Positions 1 through 11,665 are shown, numbered from the stretch's first letter. The stretch: 64,000 bases of DNA from Lama guanicoe (GCA_013239625.1 MU053448.1:372001-436000); one strand, 5' to 3'. The notes: generated by a model not told the origin, from the letters alone. A program made the numbers and translations.

Positions 1-670
1 CGATTTATTTTGTGCATCCCTTGGCAAGAAGTGTCCCTAAGGCAAATGTTTCTTTGCTTTATGCCATTTCTGCTGTCAAGGTTTCACAGGAATTTTGTAC
101 TTTCAGATAGTGAGGGAAACCTGTATTTTGCTGTCTTTTTGAAGTCTTTAGTGATAACTTTTCTTGCATTCCTGATACTGGTAACTTGTGTTTTCTTTTT
201 TTGGCGGGCCTATCATATCTTATTATCTTTTCAAAGGTCCGGCTTTTATTTTCACTAATTTTCTCTATAGTTTTTCTGGTTTTCAATTTCATTTCTTTCT
301 GTTCCTCTATCATTTTCTGTCTTTTTGTTTTAGGGTATGTTGCTCTTCTTTTTCTGGTTTCTTTAAAACGTTAGCTTAGATTGTTGACTTAGGGCCTTTC
401 TTATTTTCTAAAATATGCAGTTAATGTTATATATTTCACTTTAGTGAGTACTTTAGTTGCATCCCACAAATTCTTATGTTTTAACTTTTGTTCAATTCAA
501 AATAGTTCTGTTTCCTTTGAGATTTCTTTAACCCACGGATTATCTAGCGGTGTACTGTTCAACGTCCAAGTGTTTGGAGATTGTCCTTAACTCTTACTCT
601 TGAAGTTAATTCTATTATGATCAGAGAACATACCTTGTATGACTTCAATCGTTTAAAATTTCTTAAGAAT
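1..670 (-). mobile_element. Old L1 (L1M-type) ORF2 fragment upstream of the promoter
   Basis: T-rich + strand. 451-520 (ctttagttgcatcccacaaattc...ttttgttcaattcaaaatag) is homologous to the L1 segment at ~59370-59440 in this window. Confidence 0.65.
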
Positions 671-719
671 TGTTCTATGGGTACTGGTTCAGTGGAACTA
701 AAAGCTCTCATTTCCTCCT

Positions 720-1560
720 CCGATCCCCCGCTACCAGCTCCTCCACGCATTCCGCTCAGGGCTGCAGTTAACATTCAGTGAGACAGACAAGAGGAGGCTC
801 TAGCAGCCCGCCGCCAGCCACACCTCTAGCGCCAGCGCCCACCCACGCCGCCCAGCCCTACGGCACTCAGGTCTTGGACTCGTAGAGCACCAGCGCGCCG
901 GCCGCCGTGCGAAGTCCAGGAGGGGAGCGTGTGCGTGCGTGCGTGTGTGCGTGCGGCGGAAATCCCGCCTCCCGGCGTCTGCGGCTGGCCCTGACCGAAA
1001 GGGGTGAGCTCAAGGAAGAAGAGTAGCGGGATTGAAGGAAGCAGGAGATTTGGGAGGAGGGGCGAGAAATCTTCTCTTCCCCACTGGCTGGGCCGGCGGA
1101 GACGCCTCGCTGCGATTCGCTGAGCAGCGGGGGCGGTAGCCCACTTCGGCCCGCCCCTCCGGCCGCGGGAGGCGCCGGGATCGCGAGCGCCGGCGGAGCC
1201 AGCATCGGCTGGGGCTGTGTCCTCACGCGCCGGAGCCAGGCGGCCAGGCCTCTGCCGTCGGGTCTTCGTCCCCGGAGGACGGCGAGGGTGGCCGGCCGCG
1301 GGGGCGGTGCGGGCCGGGGCCGGGCCGAGCCGGGGAAGGCGGGCGTTGGCGCATCCAAGGGACCAGGGCCTGCGCCGACCGCCCGCGGCGCGCGTCCTGG
1401 GCTGCCTTTTCATTTCCAAGTGATTATTGTTTTAGATTTTTTTCTGCAGGCGTGAATTTTGATTAATTTACTTCACGCAGCAGCCGCTAGTCTGAGGTAA
1501 AGCGGCGTTGCATGCCGGTGTCATTTGTCGTTGAGATGTGGGCTCCCCGCAGCCTGTGTG
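720..1560. promoter_or_regulatory. HERC2: CpG-island promoter of HERC2
   Basis: Very GC- and CpG-dense stretch in AT-rich surroundings. GC boxes (ggggcgg ~1130, cccgcccc ~1150), no TATA box seen. Lies 300-1100 bp upstream of the ATG exon. Confidence 0.9.
1187..1261 (+). other. HERC2: Probable non-coding exon 1 of HERC2
   Basis: gcgccggcggagccagc...ggcggccaggcctctgccgtcgg resembles the human HERC2 5'UTR exon 1 as I recall it. Followed by GT at 1262 (weak donor CGG|GTCTTC). TSS position approximate. Confidence 0.55.
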
Positions 1561-1892
1561 TTTACCTTTTGGATTTAAGGGAAGGGGATGACATTGTGAT
1601 TTGGTCTCTGCTCGTCCATTCTCAAGGTCTCGCCGACACGGCACAGAACCGGGCGAATCCCCATGAGACTCTTACATGGACTGGAAATAGCCCTTTTCCT
1701 TCCTCGCTCCATCTTGCTCTTTCCGTCTCTCCTCTCACTCCCTTCCCCCAGCGCTTCTCTCCTTCCTTCTGTTCTGTCTTTTGCCGCATTAAAGCTTGCG
1801 GGAGGGTCTTTGTAAAATTCTGAAAAGCTTTAGATCTTCAACATTTCTGTTTTCCTCGCAGGTTTGACGACCGCTAGGAAACCGGAGGAAAG

Positions 1893-1964
1893 ATGCCTTC
1901 TGATTCTTTCTGTTTGGCTGCCCAGGCTCGACTTGACTCCAAATGGTTGAAAACAGATATACAG
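1893..1964 (+). CDS. HERC2: HERC2 exon 2 coding part (exon 1862-1964), MPSDSFCLAAQARLDSKWLKTDIQ
   Basis: Acceptor ttcctcgcag|1862. ATG 1893 with A at -3 and in-frame upstream TAG at 1875. Donor CAG|GTGAGG. Peptide matches the HERC2 N-terminus. Confidence 0.97.
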
Positions 1965-3140
1965 GTGAGGTTTTGACATACCTTTTTCTTGGTGTTTTCC
2001 TGCGTCTATAATTAAATTTCTGGTTAAGGCTTTCTTTATGATATGTAAGGGGTTGCAAATTGGATCTTGCCATGTTAGAGAAGCAGGTTTACTTTCTATA
2101 ACTTAAAACGTACCTTTATTGTACCAGTTTTTATTGCTGTTTTTATAGAGTGTGTGGCTACATTTTAATAGTGCGAGGAACTTGAGATACAGTTATGCAA
2201 AAATTTTTCTTAACTATTATTTTTTGAGAAGTTTGTTTCATTCTTAGCCATATCTTGGTGACTGTTTAGTGATACTTTTTGAGATGTTGAGTTAATTATA
2301 CTGGAGAGAAGTGACATACAGTTTTATCATGTCCTGCAGAAACTCACTTGTTTTTACGGAATTCTGCGTTTGTGTTTCTGGAGAGAGAGTCCAGTTGAGC
2401 AGTTTTGTATTTGTGAGTAGTCTTACTGAGAGGAGTGCTCGGATTTTCGCATTGGAAACAAAATGCTGGTGTTAGACTCTCGGTAATTGCAGGGTTTTCC
2501 AAAAATTATCAAATAAATAATAACGGTAATATTTCAATAGACTAGTCTTTAACCCAAGCTAGTTTTGTCGCAGATGGTTCGGAAAAACTGCTTTTGTGAC
2601 TCTATTACCTTCAGAAAGAAGTGTCTGAAATTCTTTGTGATAAATGTGTGTTGTTTTTCTCTTCCCTGAGGTTAACCATTTAAAGTATTTCTCAGGTAAT
2701 CTTACCTTTTTAAAGTACAATCTGACGTACTGCATGGAGGTTTATCAAGTCATGTATTCTGTAAGCAGTTGGTCATAGCTACTTGTAGTGCAGCATTATT
2801 GCGTTTCCTAAATTTTTTTTTTTTTTTTTAACAGTGTCGAGTCCAGGTTGGTATGAGAGCCAGGTGTTAGAAACTATGCTGTGGATGATAGGATTGTTGT
2901 TCATGGTGTGATGTTAGATAAGAAAAACAGGAAGAATTAGGTGCAGAACCTGGCATAGTAGTGACTCTTGGTTTGTTTTTGTTTCAACATTGCCTTTTAT
3001 GTAGCAATTCCTTTCTGTTTACCTTTGTCTTTTTTTTTTTAAGCTGTGTGGGGAGAGGTGAGAAATGAATAATTTCTTATTTCTGAAATCTTGAGATTCA
3101 GGCAAACCAATTTTAAGAATTGTTTTTAAAATGACAGTTT

Positions 3141-3277
3141 CTTTTTATTTATTTATTAAGGGGGAGGGTAATTAGGCTTATTTATTTATTTATTTATTTT
3201 AATAGAGGGACTGGGGATTGAACCCAGCAGCTTGTGCATGCTAAGCAGGTACTGTACCACTGAACTATACCCTTCCC
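3141..3277 (-). mobile_element. tRNA-Ala-derived SINE (camelid vic-1 type), copy 1
   Basis: Minus strand reads gggaagggtatagttcagtggtacagtacctgcttagcatgcacaag...ctgggttcaatccccag, then (TAAA)n, cctaattaccctccccc and an A-rich tail. Confidence 0.85.
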
Positions 3278-4689
3278 ACCGAAGAATTATTTTATATTCA
3301 TGTTTATGTGTTTTATGATATTTGTTGAAGTAAATGACTTAATGAAGTTTTTTTCCCTTAGTAATCATAATTGAATAACTGCTAAATACGGTAATTTTAG
3401 CATCTTGATCTAAAGCCAGTTTAATGCTGAACTGAGGGCTAATGATGAGTCCGACAGATACACATAAAAGTGAAATACCACTTAAATGCCTTAGGGTGCT
3501 TACCATTTTACTTTTGACTTATTTAATGTAGTACATAGTGTTTTACCCTTCTAGATATTTGAATATCATTCAGAACCCTTCCGGACTCCCGGAAATGAGT
3601 GAAGAGATCTTTTTAGGTAGTGCACCCGGGGAAAAATGTAGTGTGGGTGTTGAAGCTGTGAAAAAAGTGATTGCTGACCTGGGCTTTGTACAACTGCTCC
3701 AGCATTGCTTGTTAAATGTGAGGAATGAACGTTGTTTCACCCTGAGGAATGACTTAGACGTTGTTTGACTTGTTGGAATCCTTCCTGAAGTCACCTGTCG
3801 TGGGTGCAGGCCTTACACTGACAAGTTTTCCCCTTACCTTGTGAGGCATGTCTCTCCGTCTGGAGTAGGAAGTGTCCCATCCCTCGGGTGGGGCTTTTGT
3901 GTTGGGAATAGGACTGACACCTGCTTAATAAACAGTATATGGGGTAGAAACACATTTCTTAACCATAGGATTTAGCTAATCTATTTTCTATGGCTCTTTT
4001 TGTTTGAAATGCCCTTATAGTTTTTAGTGACATTAGAAAGGAACAAATTTTGGAGATTGTGAAGTTTTATTATGTGCGTATTTTAAAAAATATAGATGCT
4101 AATCCTAGACTTTCTTGACTGGAGACATTTAGATGCCTCAGGCCTGGGACCTTGCAGCCAGCTACCTCTAATGGGGTGTCCATTATGTGGCATGTATCTG
4201 GTAATATGTCTGGTTTTTACATATGTAATGCTTTTTACCTCTTCCGTACTCTTTGCTGATTGTTGCATGGAGTCCCTCAAATCCCCAGGTTCTCCTTCAC
4301 AACTTTCTTGTAGATGCAATGAAATACAGAGCTAAGAAGTGTTACCTACATAGTCATCACCATTACTGTTTTTATTACAGTAAAAGTCCTTCTGTCTGAT
4401 GTTATTGGTAGTTTTTCCTAATGAACCAAAAAGTTAGTTAATCAAAGGAACTAGAAAACATAGTACATGATACCTTAAAAGCTTTTTATTCTTTAGACAT
4501 ATATGCATACTTGTTTGCTAGTTTTGATGTAAACCTAAAGGTGTCTCTTTCAGCACAGGTCCAGGAACGGCGTTTTCCTGTTCTTCTTTGCATAAGCTGT
4601 ACTCAGATGAATCTCCTACAGTTTCTATTTTTGGGTTCTTTGAAGTGGAACATGAAATTAGATATGTATGAAGCAATTTTTAAAACCTT

Positions 4690-5590
4690 TTATTTTTAAA
4701 TAATAATAGACTCACAGGAAGTTGCAGAGAAAGTAGAGAGGTCACTGTGTACTCTTCACCCAGACTTCCCCCGGGTTACGTCTTATGTAACTGTAGTGCA
4801 ATAGTAAAACCAGGAAAGTCACATCAGTATGGTGTGTGCATAGTTCTGTGTCGTGTTACCAGACTTGTCTATCCATGTACCCACCACCACAGTTAAGATC
4901 CAGAACTGGTCAAATGCCATATGACATCTTTTATATGAGGAACCTAAAAAATAACAACAGTAATAATAAGGGCACAAATGAACTACTTATTATTTTGATT
5001 TCTTGAATATGTGTAAGCACATCTGACTGTCCTTTATGATTGGATTACAGCATTCTGTTGATTCTTATTTTGCAGTTGGCTTTATTCCTTTGATAACTAT
5101 GTAAGTTTAAAAAGCTAAAGATCTAATCTGTTCTTAGAAACAATAATTAGTACATATATACAAACTTAAAAAAAGTGCAGTATAGTGTATATACGTATTT
5201 ACATGCAATATAACGTGTATGTGCAGTCAAACTGTAATAATTCTACATTCTACCTAATAAAACTGAAAAAGGAAAAAAAATTTTAAATACCGAAAGATTA
5301 AAATAAATAAATAAATAAATAAAAGGGAGAGTCAATCTGGATAAATAAAGAAGACCCAACTATTAAAAAAAAAAAATCCAGAACTGTTCCATCACCACAA
5401 AGATCCCTCTCCTGCTGTCCTTCTGTGGTCACACTCTCCTTCCTCTATGTCTCTGACCCCTGGTAATCACTAATCTGTCCTCCAGCTCTATAATTTTGCC
5501 TTTTTGAGACTGTCATCTGGTATGTGACCTTTTAAAATTGGCTTTGTTCACTTGGCATAATGCCTTTGCCCATCGAAGTTGTTGAGTATG
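4690..5590 (-). mobile_element. Old L1M 3' end, interrupted by a younger insertion at 4909-5375
   Basis: acaggaagttgcagagaaagtagagagg...cttcacccag, and text continues across the TSD (atccagaactg|ttccatcaccacaaagatccctc). Similar to the element at ~40000-40300. Confidence 0.65.
4909..5375 (+). mobile_element. 5'-truncated L1 3'UTR retro-insertion with poly(A) and 11-bp TSD
   Basis: TSD atccagaactg at 4898-4908 and 5376-5386. Begins caaatgccatatgacatcttttatatgaggaacctaaaaaa, like the L1 ORF2-end/3'UTR (compare minus strand 29760-29800). Ends in an A run. Confidence 0.8.
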
Positions 5591-5972
5591 TCAGTAATTC
5601 AACTCGAATTGAGTTCGTCTCTTCTTCTGATCATTGATTTGAGATGATTAAGCATAAAAGTGAGCTTTTAAACTTAAAGTTGTTAAATGTATATATTGTC
5701 ACTTTATACTTAGAAATATCAATAGATTAAAAAATGTAAACATGAACTTGGTAAATTCTATTCTTGGGTTTTTCCAGTTGGTGATACATAGAAATGAAAG
5801 AATTTTGTGAATAGAGGTAACTTACTTGATTTTCATGATGACTTCTTGTGGTTACTTTTTTGTCTGTGGAATAGGTAACATTGCTCACTTTTATTCATGA
5901 TTTTGGTTATTTGTATCTTCTCTATATTTTGTATCTGTCTTGTCAGGGGTTTATATATTTTGTTAGTCTTTT

Positions 5973-6044
5973 TTTTTTTTTTTGGTAACGGGTGCTGGGG
6001 TTTGATCCCAGGACCTCATGCATGCTAGGCATGCACTCTACCCC
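5973..6044 (-). mobile_element. 5'-truncated short tRNA-Ala SINE/retrocopy, copy 2
   Basis: TSD tgttagtctttt at 5961-5972 and 6045-6056. Poly-T plus tRNA-like body; lacks the cctaattacctcccc tail domain. Confidence 0.85.
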
Positions 6045-6078
6045 TGTTAGTCTTTTGAAGAACTTTTAGCTTTGATTC

Positions 6079-6340
6079 TTGGAAAAGACTAATAATAGTT
6101 ACAAGGGAAAGAAAATGAGTTTACCATCAGACTTTGACAACAAGGGCTTATGTAAAAGAAAACTGAGTAACGTATTTAAGGCACTCAAGAAAATAAAATA
6201 TGAGCCAAGGATTATATGTTCTACAAAACTGACTTTTCAGGTAAAAGGATACAAACTTATCAATGAGCAGGAACTCAGAAAATACTATTTCCATGAGCTC
6301 TTCCTGAGGAATTGAACAGAGAAAGGTCTTCAGATGACTG
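6079..6340 (+). mobile_element. L1/HAL1 ORF1 C-terminal fragment
   Basis: ORF 6079..6315 reads YKGKKMSLPSDF...LKKIKYEPRIICSTKLTF...ELRKYYFHELFLRN, typical of the L1 ORF1/HAL1 C-terminus. Confidence 0.7.
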
Positions 6341-8079
6341 AATGACTGTAGTTTGACGTGAAGACTGGCGGTGGGCATTAAACCTGTAGTTATGGGTAGA
6401 CCGCAAAGTAAACGAGTTTTAAAAGGGAGAGAGCAAAGCACGTTACAGCCGTAACTGCTCCGCAATGTCTAATCTGGTAATCCAGTGTGTTGAAAGTTTT
6501 CACTTTAGATGTTGTATTTTTCATCTCTAGAGGGTCTCTTCCAGTCTTTTTTGTATCTTCTGTTTCATTTGTCACCATGTTCATATCGTCCTCTCTGTGA
6601 GTATATAGAGCATGCCTATAATAGAGTTTTTAATGTTCTTGGTTGCTAATTCCATCATCTCCATCATTTCTGGTTTTATATCAGTCAATTGATTCTATCA
6701 TTTCTATTGATTTATTGCTGTGGTTATGGGGCATGTTTGCATGCCTGGTCATTTTTTATTTGATGTTGGACATTGTAAATAGTAATGTTATTCTGTGCTG
6801 TATTTTGTTTTATTCCTTCAAAGAGCATTAGTTTTGTCTGGCTTGCATGTCAGTTACTTGGGATTAATTTGGCCTTTTTAAAGCTTGCTCCTAGGTTTGT
6901 TTGGGCTGACCTAGCACAGCGTTTAATCTTGGGCTAATTTATCTGACTTATTAAGGCAGTCTCCTCCTTAGGGCTCTGTCTAATGCTTGATGTTTTGGGA
7001 GGTCCTTCTCTTCTGGTTGGTGGAAACACAAGCTTTCCCCAGACTGAGTCATGAGCACTTTTCAGTGCTGCTTTCCCCAGCTTTGGTGGTTTTCTCAACC
7101 CATGCCCTGTACCCAGCCGGAGTCTCAAGGGGTCCCCTCTGCCCATCTCCAGAGATAACTCTCTCTGCAGCTAATCTCTACTGGGTTCTTGCCATTTTCA
7201 CCTACTTACAGCCTATCTGTCTTCTCAATTCAGCAAGACCTCTGGGCTCTATTTGGGTTCCCTTTTCCTGTGTTAGAGCCTGGAAGCTGCTTCTAGGTGT
7301 TACATGTGGGCAGTTTGTAGCCCTTACTTCATTAATTGCCTTTTACAGGGGTCGCAGTTCTGGGTTGTCTGTTTGAAAACAGCTGTTTGATACATTCTGT
7401 CTGATTTTCTACCAGGGAGGTAATTGCTAAAGAAATTAATCCTTCGCAGGTGAAAACACAGGCCTTCTCAGTCTGCTTTCAGTCTCATTCATTGAGTTCT
7501 TAATTTTAGGTATTGTCCTTTTTGGTTTGAGAATTTCCACAATTTTGTTTGAATGAATTTTATTGAAGTATATTTAGTAAAATGCTTCTACTTTTAATGT
7601 TTAGTTTGAGGTGTTTTGGGGCAGTTCGCTTAACTTGCCACAGTAGGTACATTTCTGTAGTTTCTGTTGAAATTTTCAATCTGATCTTTTAATTGCCTTT
7701 TTAATTCCTCGACTGTGTCTCCCCTTCCCTTCGGGTTGATGTCCCAGCATGCTTGTGGGCTGCCCTTCTACTTCCTGGTCTTGGATGTAATGCCACCCAG
7801 GAAGGCTATTTTAAGATTATGGCCTCCCAACCGCCTACCATGGAATTATAGGTGACATAGTCTGGAAGTTGGGGGGAGAGCAGAAGCTAGGTTTCCATGG
7901 GGTGAACTTTCACCATTTGGCAAGGAGAGAGAAAGGAACTGGGTATTTTGCGCCCCCCCACCCCCGGACTATTCTATGGTTTCTTCTTGCAAACTCTGTG
8001 GAAGAACCCCACAGGCCTAGTGAGACGACCTGCTCTATCTGCAGCCCAGGAGTAGGGCCCAGTGCAGTAACGCGAGAGT

Positions 8080-8382
8080 CAGGATAGTAAATACTTCTGT
8101 GGGCAGTATGTTCTCTGTGGCGACTGCTCACCTCTGCTGTGCTTATGTGAAAGCAGCCACAGATGGTACAGAAAACAAGTGTGTGTTGCTGGGTTCCAGT
8201 AAATGTTACGGATACTAAAGTTTGAATGTCATAGTTTGCATAGATCATGAAATATCTTCCTTCTCTTGACTATTTTTCAACCAGTGAAAAATGTAAAAAC
8301 CACCCTTAGATTGTGGGCCATATAAAATCGGATCATGGGCCAGATTTGGCCCCTGGGTGGGGACTTAATTTGCTGACCCCTG
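8080..8382 (+). mobile_element. MER58B-like hAT-Charlie DNA transposon
   Basis: gatagtaaatac...gaaagcagccacaga...aaaaatgtaaaaaccacccttag...gggccagatttggccc...tttgctgacccctg matches the recalled MER58B consensus. Confidence 0.8.
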
Positions 8383-8960
8383 TAGTAACTTGCTGGGCCC
8401 CGGGCTTCCTGTGCTACTTTGTCCTGCCTGCCCCTCTGCCCTTCCCTCACTGCCCTGTGCTGGCATCTGCCAGGGAAAGTGTCACTCAGCACTTTAATCA
8501 ATTGCTCAGAGTTGCCTTTTTAGGACGAAGTCTCTGTGTCTTTGTTTGTTTCCTGGATCTACTCTCGGTCTGTTTATGCTGTCTTCCATTTTTTTCATTT
8601 TTCAATCATGTGGTCTTATCTTACGCATTATTTTTGTTTTGAGTTCGAGACGTTGCATATGAAAAATCTGAGTAAGGGTATTCTCCTCCAGAGAGGGTCT
8701 TCCAGACTGGTAGCATGGTGCACAGGGTCACTGCAGAGCAGTGGGGAACTGGGATGACTCAGACCTGGGTCCTACCGCCCTGCTTGCACCTCACCTGTAT
8801 TTCTGGGGTGTGGCCCATCGACATTCTGCTTGAAGCATGGCTTGTTGACCAGGCCTGTCCCCTGTGAGACTAGCCTCTCTCTCCACAGCTCCACTGAGCT
8901 CTGCTTGGCCTCAGCCCTCAGGTGCTTCTTAGGGAGGCAGCTTTCAGCTCTTCTGTGCTG

Positions 8961-9133
8961 TTTTTTGTTTGTTTGTTTTTTTAAATACTTCTTTCTTTCT
9001 TTCGTTTGTTTGAGGGGGGAGATAATTAGATTTCTTTACTTACTTATTTATTCCAGTGGAGGCACTGGGGATTGAACCCAGGACCTCGTGCATGCTGAGC
9101 ACGTGCTCTACCCCTGAGCTACACCCTCCCCCC
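8961..9133 (-). mobile_element. tRNA-Ala SINE (vic-1 type), copy 3
   Basis: gggggagataattag...ggaggcactggggattgaacccaggacctcgtgcatgctgagcacgtgctctacccctgagctacaccctcccc. Confidence 0.88.
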
Positions 9134-9544
9134 TTGAACAAGTGCTCTCAAACTGACAAGTTGAAGTGGTTTTTGTTGCTTGTGCAGGCTGTTCTTCCAG
9201 GGCCTTGATTATTTCCCAGTTTTCCCAGCTGCTTTCTCCTTGGGATCCTGGGCTTCCATCCCAGTGCCTTGGAAACTGCTCTCCCCAGGGCTTCATCTCT
9301 GCTTTCCACAGACTTGATCTTTTACCCCCTCCTCCCAGGGAAGCTTGCTTTGCTGCCTTAGCAGTGTCCGTCCTTCCTCGAATCCTTTCAGATGCCCGAA
9401 ATGTTGCAGTGTGAGTGGTGGTTACTCAAGTCCCTGTACGCAGTGATTATTTCCCAGTTTTCCCAATGTGACCCAAGTGATGAAAGAATGGGTGGTAGCA
9501 ATAGTTTGTTTCCACGTCAGCTGGGCTGCTTCCTTGGCTTCTTC

Positions 9545-9709
9545 TTTTTTTAAAAAAATTTATTTATTTATTTATTAAAGTATTATTTTAATTCTTTTGG
9601 GGGGGGAGGTAATTAGATTTATTTATTTTTGGAGGAGGTACTGGGGATTGAACCCAGGACCTCGTGCATGCTAAGCAGGCACCCTACCACTTGAGCTATA
9701 CCCTCCCCC
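9545..9709 (-). mobile_element. tRNA-Ala SINE (vic-1 type), copy 4
   Basis: Full body with ggggaggtaattag domain and T-rich tail. Imperfect TSD tcc(t/c)tggctt. Confidence 0.9.
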
Positions 9710-10654
9710 GCTCCCTGGCTTATTTTTTGTAAATGTTTCATCCCCCGCCTCCCTGGGGCTATCCTGGTGAGCAGTCGGGGCTGAGGATGTTGGTCCACCT
9801 TCTCTCCTTGGGTGTGGGCATCTCCTCTGGTCTATGGCCTCTTTGCTGATACCTCCTAGATTTAAACCTCTAGCCCCGAACACTCTACTAAGATCTGAAT
9901 TTGTATTTGCAGTATGTGTCTGTTTGAGCGTGTTGAAGGTGTGTACCTGTGGGTGTGCGCCCATGGGGAGAGGGTCTCCACGTTGATGTTCAGTAGTTGG
10001 TGCAAATCTCAGTGGTTAAAACTGAGCTAGTTCACTCTCATTCTGATTCTGTTCCCTCGCTCTCTTTTCCCCCTTTCACATCTGATCTGTCCCCTTTGAT
10101 CTGAAACGTCTTAAATACTCTTCTTCCCTTGTCTCTTCTTAGGCTGTCATCCTTTTTTGGGGAACTCTTGGTAAAGGCCTCCTTTTCTCTGTTTCTAGTT
10201 TCTTGCCTCTGTCCCCGTACACTGCAGTGACACTGAGTTATGACTTGCGGCATGACCATTTAGTCTCTGGTGCCCCTAAGGGTGGCGTGGGACTGCTGGA
10301 ACATGGCCCACACAGGGCTATTTAGTCTGGGCACTGTTTGCCCCCCCAGGCCTTGTCGGGCCGTGTGGAGACTGGACTGAACCCAGCGGCAGGTCTTAGC
10401 TGCCCTCCTCTTAACCTGAATCAGCAGGTGAGCCAAGGCTTTCCATTCCCTCATTAAAACCTCAGAGGCCCTGAATGTGCATGGCTCACTTTTTAGGAAG
10501 GATTTACTTCTTCCTCTGCAAGTTAATACTTTGGCCAATAGTCATATGTTTTGGTCTCAAGTCTGTTTATGGCAGTTACCTTGTTAATGATGTGAACAGA
10601 TGAATTATGTGTGCTGAAAGAAAGTTGTGGCTACCATGAAAACTGAGTCGGTTG

Positions 10655-11241
10655 CCGAATTGGTTTTCTGTTGCTATGTTGTTACAAGTCACTGACTGCA
10701 AATTGAGCAGCTTTAAAGAACTCACGTGTACTCTCTCCCCCTTTCTGTGAGTCCGGAGTCTGGCCATGGCTTAGCTGGGTCTGCTTCAGGACTCACAGGC
10801 TGCACTCAGGGTGCTGGCCACTCTGACTCCTCATCTGGAGTCTCATTGAGGTCCTTGTTGGCAGAATTCAGTTGTTAGGGTTGTGGGACTGAGTCGTGGG
10901 CCCCCAGGAGATGCCCCTCTCCACAGGCAGCTCGTGGCACTTCACTCTTCTGGCTGGGGAGAGTGTCTTTTCTGGAGGGGCCCCTCCTCTTAAGGGCTGT
11001 CATCTGACAGGACCCTGGGACAATCTTCCTCTTGACTAACTAGAAATCAGCTGATGTGAGTCCTCAGTTATATATGAGAAATTCCTTCACCTTTTGCCAC
11101 AGAAGGAAACAAAACCTCATCACAGGTGTGATGTCCCAGCCTATTCACAGGTCCCGCCCACACTCAGAGAAGGGATTCCACAGCGTGTGTGTGCACTGGG
11201 GGCAAGGATCTTGAGGGCCGTCTTATATGTGCCTACTACAC
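10655..11241 (-). mobile_element. MLT1F/G-like MaLR solo LTR
   Basis: ggcttagctgggtctgcttcagga...gttggcagaattcagtt...ggtcccgcccacactcagagaagggatt...gcctactaca; recalled MLT1 motifs. Confidence 0.7.
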
Positions 11242-11665
11242 ATTGCTTGGATAAAAGTGAGATGCTAAAAAAAAATGCCTTGTACAGGTTAGGTAAGAGA
11301 GAACTGTGAATGATTGGGGGTGGGGGGAAGTCTTGAAAGTCTAGGAGAATTCTGTACTAAGACTGCTCACAAAGTGCTCTTCAGTCTTGCTCCGTTTAAA
11401 GAAACAGACTGGAGGTAGTGGATGCTTCATGAGAGTGGTGAATGCTGGAATGGTGACAAGGCACGGAGTAGTGGACTTGTGAACAAAGAAAAGGCCCTGG
11501 CCTTCCATTAAAAGATGGGCAAACAGATGTGTCTGTTTTAGTGTCAAGTGTCTTGTCTGTCTGATCGGAGGGCTGCTGTTGCACCTGCAGTTTTCAGAAG
11601 GGCCACCTGCTCTGGGTGTGCACCACGCCCCCTTCACCTGCTGCCTGCTCTGGGGAACCTTTTCT

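Noticed and set aside
826..1423. Long minus- and plus-strand ORFs (197, 163 and 68 aa) over the promoter
   Set aside because: Low-complexity R/P/A/G peptides expected from a stop-poor CpG island; no recognisable domain.
3538..3768. 76-aa ORF after an acceptor-like site, with a short tgaggaatga...acgttgttt duplication
   Set aside because: No recognisable homology, non-ATG start and no convincing donor; the local duplication is ordinary slippage.
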